Assembly: GCF_000143415.4 (NCBI RefSeq)
Contig: NW_003314297.1
Span: forward strand, 558,001 to 622,000
Direction: 5' to 3'
Length of the DNA stretch: 64,000 nucleotides
Source: Selaginella moellendorffii
Lineage: Eukaryota; Plantae; Lycopodiophyta
This document shows, one piece after another, positions 49,900-62,787 of the stretch. Position numbers and translations under genes: made by a program. The notes under the pieces are model-generated. The model had not been told where the DNA came from. It searched no databases and saw only the letters and a program-made list of their open reading frames with translations. Positions within the stretch are counted from its first letter, which is position 1, and every line of letters starts with the position of its first letter.

Positions 49900-52800
49900 C
49901 TTTCAGAAGTATCATCAAGGGGTTCACTCGGCACCAGTTCATCCAGTGTTTACTTTCCAAGCTCGTTTTTATAACAAGAAGTCTCCTATTATTCTCTCCG
50001 TGTTGGTTGATACAGGTTCGAGTTTATCTTCTATTGCTCGACCTGTTGCCACACGTTGTCGTGTACACTTGCGTCGTGTGGCAAAACCAGTTTTCATTTT
50101 TTATGGCAACGGCCGTACACATACATGTGCACGGGATGAGGTGGACCTGGTTGTGCGTGTGGGTGATCTCAAGTTTGAGTTGCAGTCGTTGCGGGTGGTG
50201 CTGAGTCAAGCTTTTGACCTCATTCTTGGTATGGATTGATTGCAGCGCAATCATGCCAAGTGTGACTTTGAGGCTTCTCCCCCTTGTCTCATACTTATGT
50301 TTCATCCATTCCTCTCACTTCCATACCTCTTCGTCCCTTTACTTCTACTTCTGCTTTCATTACTTTTGTTTCCCCACTCTTTCCTTCTGTGTTTCCATCT
50401 TGTTCTACTTTTCCCTTTTCCGATCCCTCCGATGATCTTTGTGTTGCAGCAATTGACCGGCTCATGAAGGAGTATTCTGATCTCTTTGAATTTGACCTAT
50501 CGTTTGGGGCCAAGATTGCCACACGTCATCCAATTCCAACCGGGGATGCTCGTCCAATCAAGGTTCCTGTTCGTCGTCGGTCACCTAAGGAGATCAAAAT
50601 TTTACAAGCAAACGTCAAGGAAATGCTGGAAAAGGGTGTTATTCGGAAGTCGTGGAGTCCTTGGGCATGTGAACCTCATCTTGTGACGAAGCCTGATGGG
50701 AGTATTCGTTTCTGCATCGACTATCGTCCGTTAAACAAAGTGACGATCCCAGATGTGTATCCTCTTCCTCATACTGCTGATCTCTTGGATCGTCTGGGGC
50801 GAAGTCGTTGGTTCACCAAGCTAGATCTTGTTTCTGGGTATTGGCAAGTACCGATGGCCGAAGAAGATATTCCTAAGACTGCTTTTCGTACACCATTTGG
50901 TTTGTACGAGTTCTTGGTGATGCCGTTTGGTTTGAACAATGCTTCAGCAACTTTCCAGCGGATGATAGACGAGGTTCTTTGCGATATGCCGGAGGTGACT
51001 GCTGACTTCATTGATGATGTCTTGATCCACTCGGAGGGGACGTGGGAGGAGCACGTTCGTGATGTTTATAAAGTGTTGGATCAACTACGTGACGTTGGTT
51101 TAAAGCTGAAGTGGTCGAAGTGCGTGTTTGGGTCCAAGGACACAACTTATCTTGGGTACCGTATTTCTCGTGAGGGTTTGCAAGTTGATCCTGACAAACT
51201 TATGGCTATTCTAAAGTTCCCTACTCCAAAGTGTGTGAATGATGTGCAGCGCTTTTTGGGTAAAGTGTAGTATCTTGGTCGTTTTGTGGATCATCTTTCC
51301 GATCGCACTACACCATTGCGAGCATTGCTAAAGTCATCAACGTCATCTTTCATCTAGTCTCTGGATTGTGAGCAGGCGTTCGTGGATCTCAAAGAGCTAT
51401 TGACAACTCCTCCGGTTTTGGCATATCTTGACTACACTCGACCTTTTATTTTGCGCGTGGATGCTTCTGACATTGGTCTTGGAAGTGTGTTGATGCAAGA
51501 GAGCTCGAGTGTGCCTGGTCAGCGCCATCCCATTGCATACATAAGCCGTACATTACAACCAGTGGAGATGAACTACTCCACGACGGAGAAGGAGTGTTTA
51601 GCAGCAGTCTGGGGTTTCAAGAAACTTCATGCATATCTACATGGTTCTCGGACGTTACTTGAAGGTGACCATGCTGCTATTACTTCATTATTGAAGCGGA
51701 AGAACCTGGTTGGTCATACGGCTCGATGGGCTTTGAAGCTTTAGATATATGATTTCGATGTTGTTAATCGCCTAGGGAGTTCTATGGTTGATGCTGATGC
51801 CCTTTCTCGAGCTCCTCTTCCTTCTCCACTCACTTCTCATCATTCTGACGAACCTGTTGTTCCAGCATCTGTGGATTTTCTAGATGAGGATTCTATGCCG
51901 TCGGCGGTTGCTGTCCTTGACGTTCAGTGTCCACAGGGTGCAGAGCAAGATCTGCCTTCTCTTGAGGAGGTTTGCGAGGCTCAAAATATTGAGCTGTGGA
52001 TTCGAAGGCTTCGAGATGGGTTTGAGAATCCTGCATCACTTGCTGATGACTTGCCTTTCCGGCATTTACATTCTCAATATCGCCTTGAAGATGGCCTTCT
52101 TTATTTTGTGGGGACAGATCCTGATGATCATTTACGATTGGTGGTACCTTCGGTGTTTATTCCGCGGTTTCTCCATGCCTACCATGATTCTCCTGTTCTA
52201 GGTGGGCATATGGGACACTGTCGTGTCACCAAGAAGCTGCGCAAGTCTTTCTATTGGCCGAAGATGCGACGTGATATTATCCGGTATGTGCGTAGCTGTG
52301 TTTGGTGCCAAGCTCGTAATACTCCCCCTTGTGTTGCGGAAGGACGGTTGGAGTCAATTGCAGTTTCCCGTCCGTTTGAGTTGGTGACGTTTGATCTTAT
52401 GGGACCTTTTTCACGATCGACTGCTGGCAATGAGTATGTTATTATTGCTTCTGACTACTTGACTCGTTGGGTGGAAGTTGGTGCTCTTGCTAGCGCCTCT
52501 GCAACTGCTGTTGGATACTTCCTCCTCAATCGAGTGGTGTTCCAGCATTCTTATCCAGAGCGGATTTTTTCGGATAATGGTCCTGCATTTATGGCTGAGG
52601 TATTTCATGTTTTGACATCTCAGTTGGGGATACGCCACACTTTTACGAGTGCTTATCATCCACAATCAGATGGTCTGGTGGAACGGCTCGTTCAGACATT
52701 CAAAGGGATGATTTCGAAGTATGTGAACTTTCAGCATTCGGATTGGGATGGTTATTTGCCGTTTCTTCGGTATGCCTATGTCACAAGGGTGCAAAGTTCT

Positions 52801-53316
52801 GTTGGTTCTTCACCATATAAACTTCTATATGGTCATGATCCAATATTACCAACAGAGTTGGGTTTACCTTCGCGATTGCCACGAGCTCCTGATGTTAAGT
52901 CATGGGATCAGTATTTGACAAGCATTCTTCCACTTGTCCGAGCAGAGTTTGCCGAACACTTAGGCCGCGTACAAGTGGGACAACAACGGCGCTACAACTC
53001 CCATCATCGTCCACCTGCAGAGTACAAAGTGGATGATTTGGTGTTAGTCTGTTTTCCCCATTTTACGGTATGTGGTTTATCTAAGGGGCTCCTTGCGCAG
53101 TGGAAAGGACCATATCGGGTGTTGCAGCAAGTTGGACTGCAAGTTTATGAGGTTCGGCATGACGTTCAGCAGGCCAATCCTTCGGAGATTGTGCATGTGC
53201 AGTGGTTAAAACACTTCATACAAAGGGATCAGGAGCAGTTAATACCGTCTACAGATCTGCCGATGCCTCCTCCTGACGTTCCTCCAGATCCCAGCCCATC
53301 TACAAAAGAACCCTGA
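49900..53316 (+). pseudogene. pol: Pol (PR-RT-RH-INT) with stops and frameshifts
   Basis: DTG; FIDD; DAS..E..D; H-H-C-C; D,D35E. Confidence 0.9.
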
Positions 53317-53464
53317 CAACCTTCCATTATTCCGAGAGGAGGGGATGATGTGAGGGCAAATGTATGGCTACAATGCCGTATACTAATAGGATTTTGGTAG
53401 CCGTCGAATTTAATTGATATGCACATTTCTGTATTCCCTTTCCATATTCCATGCACTCACAATA

Positions 53465-54520
53465 TCAATTATGGACAAGAGGTTTCTGGAGCAGGACAGG
53501 AGCTGAAGACGGGTTTTTTACAATGTTGGCAAACGCATCAGTATCATCGTAAAGGGCAGCTCTGAGGAACGCCACCACTGCTCCAGCCGTGAAATCTCTC
53601 ATGGGCTTCCGGGGGCTCTTTCGTTTGCAAGCGAGAAGGAACACTCTCTGACCGTCGACTGCCCCCAAATCGTCCACAAAATCCATATGCCCATACTTTG
53701 CGGGTATCAAGTCGACCACCATGCTCCTTGTCTGGTTGAAGAAACTGGCATGGTTATACTTTGCCGGAGAGCAGGCACCACCAAGTCCAGTGCCGATGAT
53801 CAAACTTGGGTACTGGAAAACAATCGGTGCGTTGTATAGAACCCGTGGTTGCGTTTGTCCGAGCCTTGTTCCATCCATGGGGTCCAGACCAACGAGCGTG
53901 GCAAATGGTACGCTGACGTTGGCCTTGATGTTGAGTGCCAGCGCGAAGGCGATCTTGCCTCCTTTGCTGTGGCCAATGTTGACGAGCTTGCCAATATTGA
54001 CGCTCACACCAGCTGGGAGAAAGGCTGCAAAATTTCCGAGGAGCCATTCAATAACTCTCGCTGCATCTTTGATGTCTCGTGTGGCATTTGTGTCCCAAAA
54101 CCTATCACTTCTCTGTATCACAGTGTGAGTGGAGTGAGAGTTTTTGCGTCACGTAGCTCACCTGTGGCGCAACGATGACGTAGCCGTGGCTGGCGATATG
54201 CGTGAGTATGTCTGTGTAGATTCGAGTCTCGAGGAATGCTCCATGGTGGAAAACTATAAGGGGAAACGTCCCGTTGCTCGAAGGAGTGAAGACCCGGAGT
54301 GGCAGTAGGCGTCTTTGATTGATGGTGAACACTGAAACATTGAAGCTGCCGGTGTCATAGATAGAACCGTCATAGACATGCTGCCTTATCAGTTCCTCGC
54401 TGCAAACTATGCAGGAAACACATCCCAAAACCTGCCCAAGAACGAGAGTGATTAGATTGTGCTAGAAATCTATATATAAAACGATACCAAGAGTGCACAA
54501 ACGCGAGAAACTTTCTCCAT
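53465..54520 (-). CDS. CLH: Chlorophyllase-like hydrolase, intact, 3 exons, ~316 aa, hydrophobic N-terminus
   Basis: Exons 54520-54488, 54431-54162 and 54112-53465 splice in frame; FHHG, GHSKGG nucleophile, DPMDG, GHMDF. Confidence 0.85.
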
Positions 54521-54789
54521 GATGCAAGGCGATAGTGCTGGATACGTAGAAGCTGGCTGCTGCTAAGACTCGTATGTGGTGGTTTGTGTGTCCTTCACCG
54601 AGCTCGCAACAACAGTTTAAAGGCTGATGGATAAGGTCTTCAGAGTTTGTGGTTGTAGTTCTTCCTCCGTGGTTCACCTGGTACACAACAATTTAAAGCT
54701 GATGGACCATGAACTGCATAAAATTAAATAGGTCCAAACTTACACTATCAAAACGAAAGTCTGGTTTGCAAAACCACCAAGGGAAGTAG

Positions 54790-56480
54790 CTTAAGCGACA
54801 GCATAGTTGCTGAGCAACTTTGGGATGTCATGAGTGAGCATATCGTCCACAGACTGGATCATTGATGGCCTTAGACGATGGAAGCTGTCAATATTGTGCA
54901 CATTCTAAACGCATCAATGTTTGGCAGGTCCCCCCTTTGGCAAGTGATAGAGACTTTGCACCTGTAAGAGAAGGATTTCACGTGTGAACTACAAACATCT
55001 CCATACCTTCACAAATTCATCTTCCAAGTTCACAACCAAGCTTTCCTGAGCGTCGGCTTTTCCCCACAGGATGGGCATCTGTTGCTTCAAATGCCCGATG
55101 AGATATGCATGTACTTTCGCTGCATGAGCTCGCTTTACGAATTCACTTATCTGTAAACAAAATAAGGAAGAGGATATGATAATGAACATTTAAAGAGATA
55201 TCACCCTTCGATCACAAGATCTCTTTGGCAGCTCTGATAGTTCTCTCAAGAGCTCCAGGTCAAAGAGATCTTTGCTTAGAATGATCTTCTGCGGGTTGTC
55301 ATAAAATGAACTGCAACACAAAAATCGCCAAAAATCACAGTGATTGATATTCAGAAAGCATACCCGATGTATACTCGCATTACTTCTGGCGTGTTCACAA
55401 CTGCTCCATATACTCCCATCAGCTGTGAAAGTAACGGGTCAGGATATACGAGAGGAAAAGACAATATTCACCTGTTGAGCGTCAATACCATCGACTTTGT
55501 TGAGAAGAACTCGAATCTTGTTCTCGTACCCTCTAAGGGATTCAATAAGCCGTTTTAGTTCGTCACTAATGTCCAATGTTTGAGGATCGAAAAGCAAAAA
55601 TATCATATCCGACTTCGCTGCAAACCACTCTGTTACGCCAAGAAAATCGTAGCTGCGTTCTGTGTCTGACAACACTCCAGGCGTATCGATGAAAGTCACG
55701 TCATTCAGCAGCTGCCAAACAAGCCCACCATTGTTTTAACAGAGCAAGAAACTAGAAGAACTCACTGGATGTGACATTTGAGCACACTCGAATTTCGACA
55801 GAAACGCTGTCCCAAACCTTATGAGACCACCGAAAGGCGTATCGGACACCGTGTTGCCAGGAACAGTTTTGTCGACGCTTCCTCCCTGCAAAGAGAAAAC
55901 CAGAAAAAGAGGATCGACATACCAGCGAAACACAAACATACCATCACGGCAACGAAACGATCGGTCGTCGGCTCTGGTCCAATGTGAGCTCCTGGACGAA
56001 GTAAAGACTGTGTAAGGTGACGCTTCGCGTTAGATGAAAAAAAGGAAGCATTGCAATCGACAAGAAGGAAACTCTTATTCGCAGGTTTAAATCACAATAG
56101 CACTCATGAAAGAAAGAAGAGAACAAGAAAAACTCAAATCCAGAAACATACCAGGATAGCTTCTTCCGAGAATGTGGCTAATGAACGTCGTCTTTCCAGT
56201 CGAATATTGTCCTAGCAGTGTCACCATCGGTTTCGCCTCGAAATAGCTATCAGTCTAAGCAGAAACATTAGCCTGCATCGAATCGAGCTGTGCACGAATC
56301 CCATACCATAGCAGGACTGGAGAAAATGTTGAACTTGTAGAGGCGCTCCAAGGGCTTGAGCTTGCGCGCGTACAAATCCTTCAATCCGATCACGGAGGCC
56401 ACATTCTCAGAGGAGACCTTAATTATCAGAGAGTGATGAGAAAAATCGCTCGGACAGAGAACTCACGCCCCGGGGACGCT
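54790..56480 (-). pseudogene. EHD: EHD-like duplicate with deletions and lost start
   Basis: Near-identical to 41442-43202 but missing the ALMWSLGK segment near 55400, with a deletion near 55250 and no ATG region. Confidence 0.8.
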
Positions 56481-56614
56481 GCTTTCCACGAACCCTACAT
56501 TTTAGTAATAGATTAAACAGATGTCATCCAGTCATTTACACTGTTCAACCATATGGACTGTCGTACATTGGTGTGTTCATTCTCATATTCATTTTCCGAT
56601 TCATCCTTACATTG

Positions 56615-58597
56615 TCAGAACTGATTATGAACAACAATATTTTCAAAGTTTCCAAGTGTTACTCCATCAGCGTTTGTGGACTCACGGTAAGGGAGGTGGC
56701 GTTTGCAGCAATAATTTTCCTTTGAACCACGGCTCTCGCATCCCTCTTGCTTGCACTTGAACATTTTTGGCACCGACACAGCAGCAGGCCGCGCAAGGTT
56801 CAGCATCCTGTCCAGGGGCTCTAGAATCCTGTGCACAGCACCGAATTTCTTAAAAGCTGGGCCAGTCGACTCTATCGGAATTTTGGCAAAAACCTCAGCT
56901 TGACCTTTGTCAACTTCGTCATCTTGCTCCATTTCTTCATCAGCCAGTATGTCTTTCTCAGTTACATTTTCTGGCATGATGCAGTAATACTCAGTCTTCA
57001 CAGATTTCACCTTCTGCTCCCTATTGGCATCACCATGCACACCAATCCCGAACTGGAAATGGGATGCCACTTCTGTCTTCCACACTCTATGCGACATTTT
57101 CCGGGACTTTGTCTTCCATTTCGCAATAGTGAACTGCATTGCCCAGATATACAGAACGCCGTCCACGATCTTAATAAGAACCACATCCATGGCTCTTTCA
57201 TTGAACGCCATTGGGACCAGAAGCACGCCTTCTAGCAGCTCAACATCGCCAAGTTCCGAATATGTCTCTGCTTTCTTGCCGTGGGCATACTCCACTACAC
57301 GGTTGAAGCTGCTCCGTTCATCATCATGGAAAACCCGCTTAGAGTGTCGCATTATGTCGATAACGAAACGCTCTACATTCCAGCCAACACGAGCAGAGTT
57401 GAGAGGGAGATGCTGTACCCTGAGGTCCCTGTACACCATCGAAGCCCACCCCCGAATGTCAATCATGCTCAAACCATCATCCACTTGTCGATACCGGTCC
57501 CTCAGATAGTTCCTAGCTTGCGTTTCTAGATAGGCAGAAAGCAGACGGTACTTTCTGTCCGTCCCCTCGTAGAAGCAAGTAAGCTTCACTTTCCTGGCGA
57601 GCATATGATTGATCTCTGCACGCATAATAAGCCTGTCAGCTGCCTCTAACTCGGCCTTGTTTTCCAGCAGCCCAATGAAATCAGTCCAGAGCTTGCAAGT
57701 AAACGGCTCGGCAATAAGATCCCTGTATGTATCCTCGTCCCCCTGCGCCTGTTCGAAGTATGTCAGCAACTGCGGCATTCCCCCAGTAAGATACGCCACA
57801 GTCAGACTCTTCTTCACATCCTCAGTTAATGGTGCTACACCTCTCCATGTCTCTATCTCCGCTGGCAGGTAAGGCCCGTCGACGAGGAATTTTGATTTCA
57901 GGAGCTTGAGTTTCTTCTTGTCGCTCCTTTCTGCAATCAGCCGTTCTCTGCTGTTTACAGAAGAAACCCGAACGAGAGCGTACAGCTGCATGAAGCCGAG
58001 AAGATGATCTTTGGCAGCAGCCCTGGTAGTTTTCTGTTGTTCCGTATCCTCCTCTCTTGGCTCGAAGGACTCGAAATCGTCTACCACAAAGATTAGCTCT
58101 GAAACGTGAGCATAACACCACTCCTCCAACTGGGCAGCCTGCCTTCTTCGAGAAATCTCCTCTGTTTCCTTCTGCAGGCCATAAAATGACACGAGCAAGC
58201 CCTTCCACAAGGCGAGCACAAACTTGCGGGTGAGCTCTTCCGGATCCAAGAAAACTACTCGCTTCCACCCCGACTGCTGGAGTTGGTTGCAAACTGCGCC
58301 AACCACTACCGTCTTTCCAGAACCTTTGGCACCCATAATGACAAGTTCACTGCCAGGACGCAACGCCTGGATACGCTCAAGAAGCTCCTTAGCGATTGAA
58401 CGTGGGATAAAGAGGAACGGGTCCTCTTCAGAGAGCGGCGTGAGCGCAGGCCGGCAGAGCTGGGTTGCATTGCCAGTGTTCCATAGGTACGAAGGATCAT
58501 CGCGGAACCCCAAACACCAATCTCGAAGCAGCAGCCCGCGCTTCTGGCACAGATCGTAAGCTTGGTCAAACTCTGTGTCAGAAATACCGTGCTCCAT
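56615..58597 (-). CDS. Crinkler/RHS-type NTPase + PD-(D/E)xK-like nuclease protein; long open ORF, 3' end probably truncated
   Basis: Walker A GAKGSGKT, Walker B FVVDD, TGGMP, then P...N...MD...QFT nuclease-like motif and a C-terminal Cys/His cluster. About 490 bp present downstream in copy 1 is missing here. Confidence 0.7.
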   Translation of the reverse strand: MEHGISDTEFDQAYDLCQKRGLLLRDWCLGFRDDPSYLWNTGNATQLCRPALTPLSEEDPFLFIPRSIAKELLERIQALRPGSELVIMGAKGSGKTVVVGAVCNQLQQSGWKRVVFLDPEELTRKFVLALWKGLLVSFYGLQKETEEISRRRQAAQLEEWCYAHVSELIFVVDDFESFEPREEDTEQQKTTRAAAKDHLLGFMQLYALVRVSSVNSRERLIAERSDKKKLKLLKSKFLVDGPYLPAEIETWRGVAPLTEDVKKSLTVAYLTGGMPQLLTYFEQAQGDEDTYRDLIAEPFTCKLWTDFIGLLENKAELEAADRLIMRAEINHMLARKVKLTCFYEGTDRKYRLLSAYLETQARNYLRDRYRQVDDGLSMIDIRGWASMVYRDLRVQHLPLNSARVGWNVERFVIDIMRHSKRVFHDDERSSFNRVVEYAHGKKAETYSELGDVELLEGVLLVPMAFNERAMDVVLIKIVDGVLYIWAMQFTIAKWKTKSRKMSHRVWKTEVASHFQFGIGVHGDANREQKVKSVKTEYYCIMPENVTEKDILADEEMEQDDEVDKGQAEVFAKIPIESTGPAFKKFGAVHRILEPLDRMLNLARPAAVSVPKMFKCKQEGCESRGSKENYCCKRHLPYRESTNADGVTLGNFENIVVHNQF

Positions 58598-61500
58598 AAC
58601 CCTAGGTTGCACCCGTATTTAATCGGTCCATTCTTAAACACAAAGAAAAGCCCAAAAAACACACTCTTCCGATCTCTGTCTCGTCCCCATGCCTCCTCGC
58701 CAAGAACTCTAATCTAAAGGCATACACAGGTCCATTTCTCACCAATCTTGGCAGTGTTTCAACCTTCTTTCACATACTAGAATCATATAACATGCCATCA
58801 AATAGAATCTTGGCTTAGTGTGGTGAGACCATAAAGGCTTCCCATCTCTTGCATGACCCCAATTCTTAGAGTTGTTATGGCATCGTTGCTTGATAAAGGA
58901 AATAGGCGGAAAGGGTTTTAGATGCTTATAATGGTCGGAACAAAGATTAAAGCTTGTAGTTTTAATAAACATGCCTTAACAAGCCATTCAATGGAGGCAC
59001 TACAACTTCCAAGACTCCAATGCTTACAATAGTGCAAGGCAGTAGTGATTCAAAGAGCAAGAACAGCCTTAAAGAATGTTGAAATAATAACAATCAGCCA
59101 AACAATGTGACCAAGAGTCTTAATGCAATGACAACCACACCACAGTTTTTTAGTGCATCTATGATATATTCACAAATGCACTTGGGTTGAGTTTAGATTT
59201 AAAAGTGACAATTGCAAGTGATAAGTTGGGTAGGGTTTATGAGAAACCATTACCCTATTTTTAAGGGTACACATTGTCTCCTACTTTTTCTTTTTCTTTC
59301 TCACACAGTCATAGAAGATGTGTTATTGAGGAGGCATATTTGCTAAAACCACATGCTCATTCCAACCATATCTAGGCTTCATAAGAAGAATAGTATCAAA
59401 TAGTAAGGACAATCAACTAAATAATGATGTTTGTGATCTGGTACAATGATAATCATACTATAAATATATAGTTTCCTAGTGTAGCCCTCATTGATGCAAC
59501 AATCACTTCTATAGTTGATAAGTGCAACAACAAATACAAATATATGAAATAATCACTTTTAGTTTAAATATGTTTTTCTAGCTATTCTATAAGTTCAACA
59601 CTCCAACTTATGAACAAGAGTGAATACTTCCTCCTTTCAACCCACCTAAAATATATACACATTATTGAAGAGTAATTAGGATAGAGGTTTCTTAGCTATA
59701 ACAGCTTCCTCAGATGCTAGTAGGAACTGCACTCACCTATCATAAATAATCCTTTGGACTATAAAATATACTAGCAAACATGAATTATAGTTAGCAATAT
59801 GTTTTATGGGATTTTTTGGATCACATGCTTGATTTTGAGTTATGTGTCTTGGTCTAGTATTGATTATTCAAAATTTTAATTTTATAGTGGCTTATAAAAA
59901 AATATGTCTTTGGTATAATATTAATTATCTAGGCTTTCAATTTTGTAGTGGCTAATGAATATCTCTCTCCCTTGAAATTAGTGCTTATCTTGCAGCTGGT
60001 TTGTACATGGATCAACAGAGGGAAAATTTGTGCTTTATGGGTGTAAGTTTTTAGATTTAAACTTTTTATATCTTAAAACCTTTAACCAATTTAAGAAGGA
60101 ATTAAATAAACCCTTTCTCTTTACATTTAAAGTTTAATGGAAATTTATTCTTTTTGGTTGCTTAAAATTTGTTATGCTTCTTTGCAAATTTATACAAAAG
60201 TTGAAAATTAAATTTCTTCCGAGAGTAAGGAAAGCCCCACTTTTTTGACACTTTACCCTTTAAGTTAAGTTAGTATAAGTGACTTAATTTTCTATTCTAC
60301 TTTAATCACTTATTTACATTATTGACTACTTGAATGATTTTTATTTATAACCTTTATAGGTCTTCATTTTAACTCAGACCCTAAAAGTGGCCTTAAGCCA
60401 CACACTTAGTTCAAGTGCTTTATGTGTTTGAATCCCACTTCAAATGTACCACTGACACACTAGCTTCTTATGCCTTAAGTTATATCCATTCTCATTATCT
60501 TATCAAAATTAAACCATCCAATCTTATAACTATTCTATAATACCCTTAGAATGCTTTAAAATCTTTTCTTTGATCCTTATTAAGTCCCTCTTTGATCATT
60601 GTAATGTTTGCTAACACTACTTTTAGGATAAGAATTTATTTGCTAGAAACTAAACTTCCAACAATATCCATAACAACACAAGTACACTTAGCTATTTATA
60701 TTGTTGAGAATGTGACATATGAAGAATATTGATCATGAGTATCATGGTTTTATTAGCTCAACCTATTCAACCAAATGAATAAGCAAGTATATCTACAATT
60801 CTAGAGCAATTCCCATAAAATTATAAGATCTACAATTTTAGAGGAGGTTGAGTTAGTAGGACCATGTTATTCATGGTTGATGTTCTTTATGGAATGTTAC
60901 TTTAAAATGATTAAAGATTTAGTTCAGTAGACTATACAAATAAAAGGGTTTATAGTAGGACATTTGATTTCTCAAGAATTCTTTACTTATACTTACCATT
61001 TCAGCCAAAATATTGATAACAAAGGTTCAAAGTTATGATGATAAACCTATACTTCAACTTGTAGGAAAGGATAGACTACTCAATTTACAAGAGTAAAATT
61101 ATAACTTTGTTTATCATTAACAATGAAGAGGAGACTTCATTTTACTTGTAGAGAGAAACTGATTAAGCAAGATATTCAAAGAGCACAGTTTAAATGTCAA
61201 ACATTGGAACTTACCTTTTCCACTAGAGTTACAAAAGGTGCCTTTTATGTTGGATGTGAATTAGTTTCAGATTAATACTGACATTGTTATGGAAGTTGAA
61301 GTTTATGAATTTCTAAGAGAGTTAAGCTTTGGCTATTTAGTACAAAAGATTTCAATGAACTCTCTACATTTTTTCATTTTATAGGCCACAAGTTGTAAAG
61401 AAATTTAGATAGGCAGCAAACACCTTAGAGTCAAATAGTAAATAATTAAAAATTCTTATTTTTTCACTAAAAACTAGTGAAAATAAGAATTTTTAAATTA

Positions 61501-61659
61501 TAACTTACCATATCTAACTATGAATTGATTTTGAGTTAAAACTTTTGATTTGCAACCAAGTCAAACTAATGTTGTTCTATGAGCTTGACATAACCTGGAA
61601 AACAAAGCCCCAGGAGTCAGATTGTAGCAATGATATGACAAGTCAGATTATAGCAAATA

Positions 61660-62440
61660 TTGTCTCCAGGAGTTAGAATCATGATTAGCATTAAGTGAGC
61701 ATGTCATCTACATACTGGAATTGCCTTAGACAATGAAAGCTGTCAATATTGTGCACAGAAATGCATCAATGTGTGGCAAGTCCCCTTTTTGGCACTTGTA
61801 AGAGAAGGATATAATTTGCACACGCGAAATACAAACACCTCTATACCCAATTCACTACCAAGCTTCCTGTTTGTTGCTTTAAATGCCAGATGAAATATTC
61901 ATTCATTCATTCATCAGCTATTTACAGGGTCTTGTGGCACCCGAGACCGACGGATTATAGTAAGCTGTTTTGCATATACTTTTTCTGCGAAGAAGTATGA
62001 TAATGAAAAACTAAGAAGAAATCACTCCTGTTCCAGGTCAAACAGTCCTTTGCTTAGAATGATCTTGTCACCACAACACAAAAATCACCAACAGTGGCTG
62101 ATATTCAGAAATCACTGGACCACATAAGAGCTCCATGTACTCTAATGAACTGCTGAAGTAACGGGTCAGGATGTACGATAGGACAGACGTTGAGCGTCCA
62201 TTTGGTTGAGAAGAACTCAAATCTTGTCATCGTTCCCTCTAAGAATTAGTTCATCACTAAAAGCAAAAACATCATATCCGAAGACAGTGGTAGCTGTGTT
62301 GCGTGTCTGACAGAACTCCAGGCGTTGACGTCATTCAGTAGCTGCGAAACATGTCCATCATGTTCAACTTCCAAGGGCTTCAGAGATGATAAAAATCGTG
62401 GACAGCGCCGGAAATTGTTCCAAGATCCTAAGCTTTAGTA
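61660..62440 (-). pseudogene. Third, heavily deleted EHD-like remnant
   Basis: Collinear fragments matching 41500-43240, e.g. aagctgtcaatattgtgcac, gaccacataagagctcca, tcattcagtagctg. Confidence 0.75.
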
Positions 62441-62787
62441 ATAAGAAAAGAAACGTAGTACAAACCGAACACGTGTCCTTTAAATATCCTCTTCCTTTTA
62501 GTTTTTAATTCAGTGTCGCGTTCTTCGTTTTAGAGAGAGCCAGCATTTTGTGTGTTTATAATTTGCAGAGTGACCGTTTTGGGGTCGGCGCGCGCCCCCT
62601 CAGCCCTGGGAGGGAAGCTCAGCTATCGATCGGTCGGCAGGAAATCGGTGAGTGGATCCATGCGATTCTGGTTCTAGGGTCCGAAATCGACTCGTTTCTC
62701 TCCAAATAATCTCATGCGCTTATCGGGAGATTTTTTTCCAGGTCGTGACACTTGCATGCTCGCGATTGCCCCAGTCGGACGCTTGCA

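Larger units (their letters stand above)
48516..53461 (+). mobile_element. Full-length Ty3/gypsy element (youngest family copy; pol has a few stops and frameshifts)
   Basis: LTRs 48516-48689 and 53349-53461; PBS tggtggaggtgagggg 48691-48706; PPT before 53349; 4-bp TSD ATAT; gag with CWACDEVGHTYRRC knuckle, LVDTGS protease, RT, RNase H, HHCC/DDE integrase with GPY motif. Confidence 0.95.

Noticed and set aside
58900-61600. AT-rich stretch as decayed TE or gene
   Set aside because: No ORF, terminus or motif I can support.
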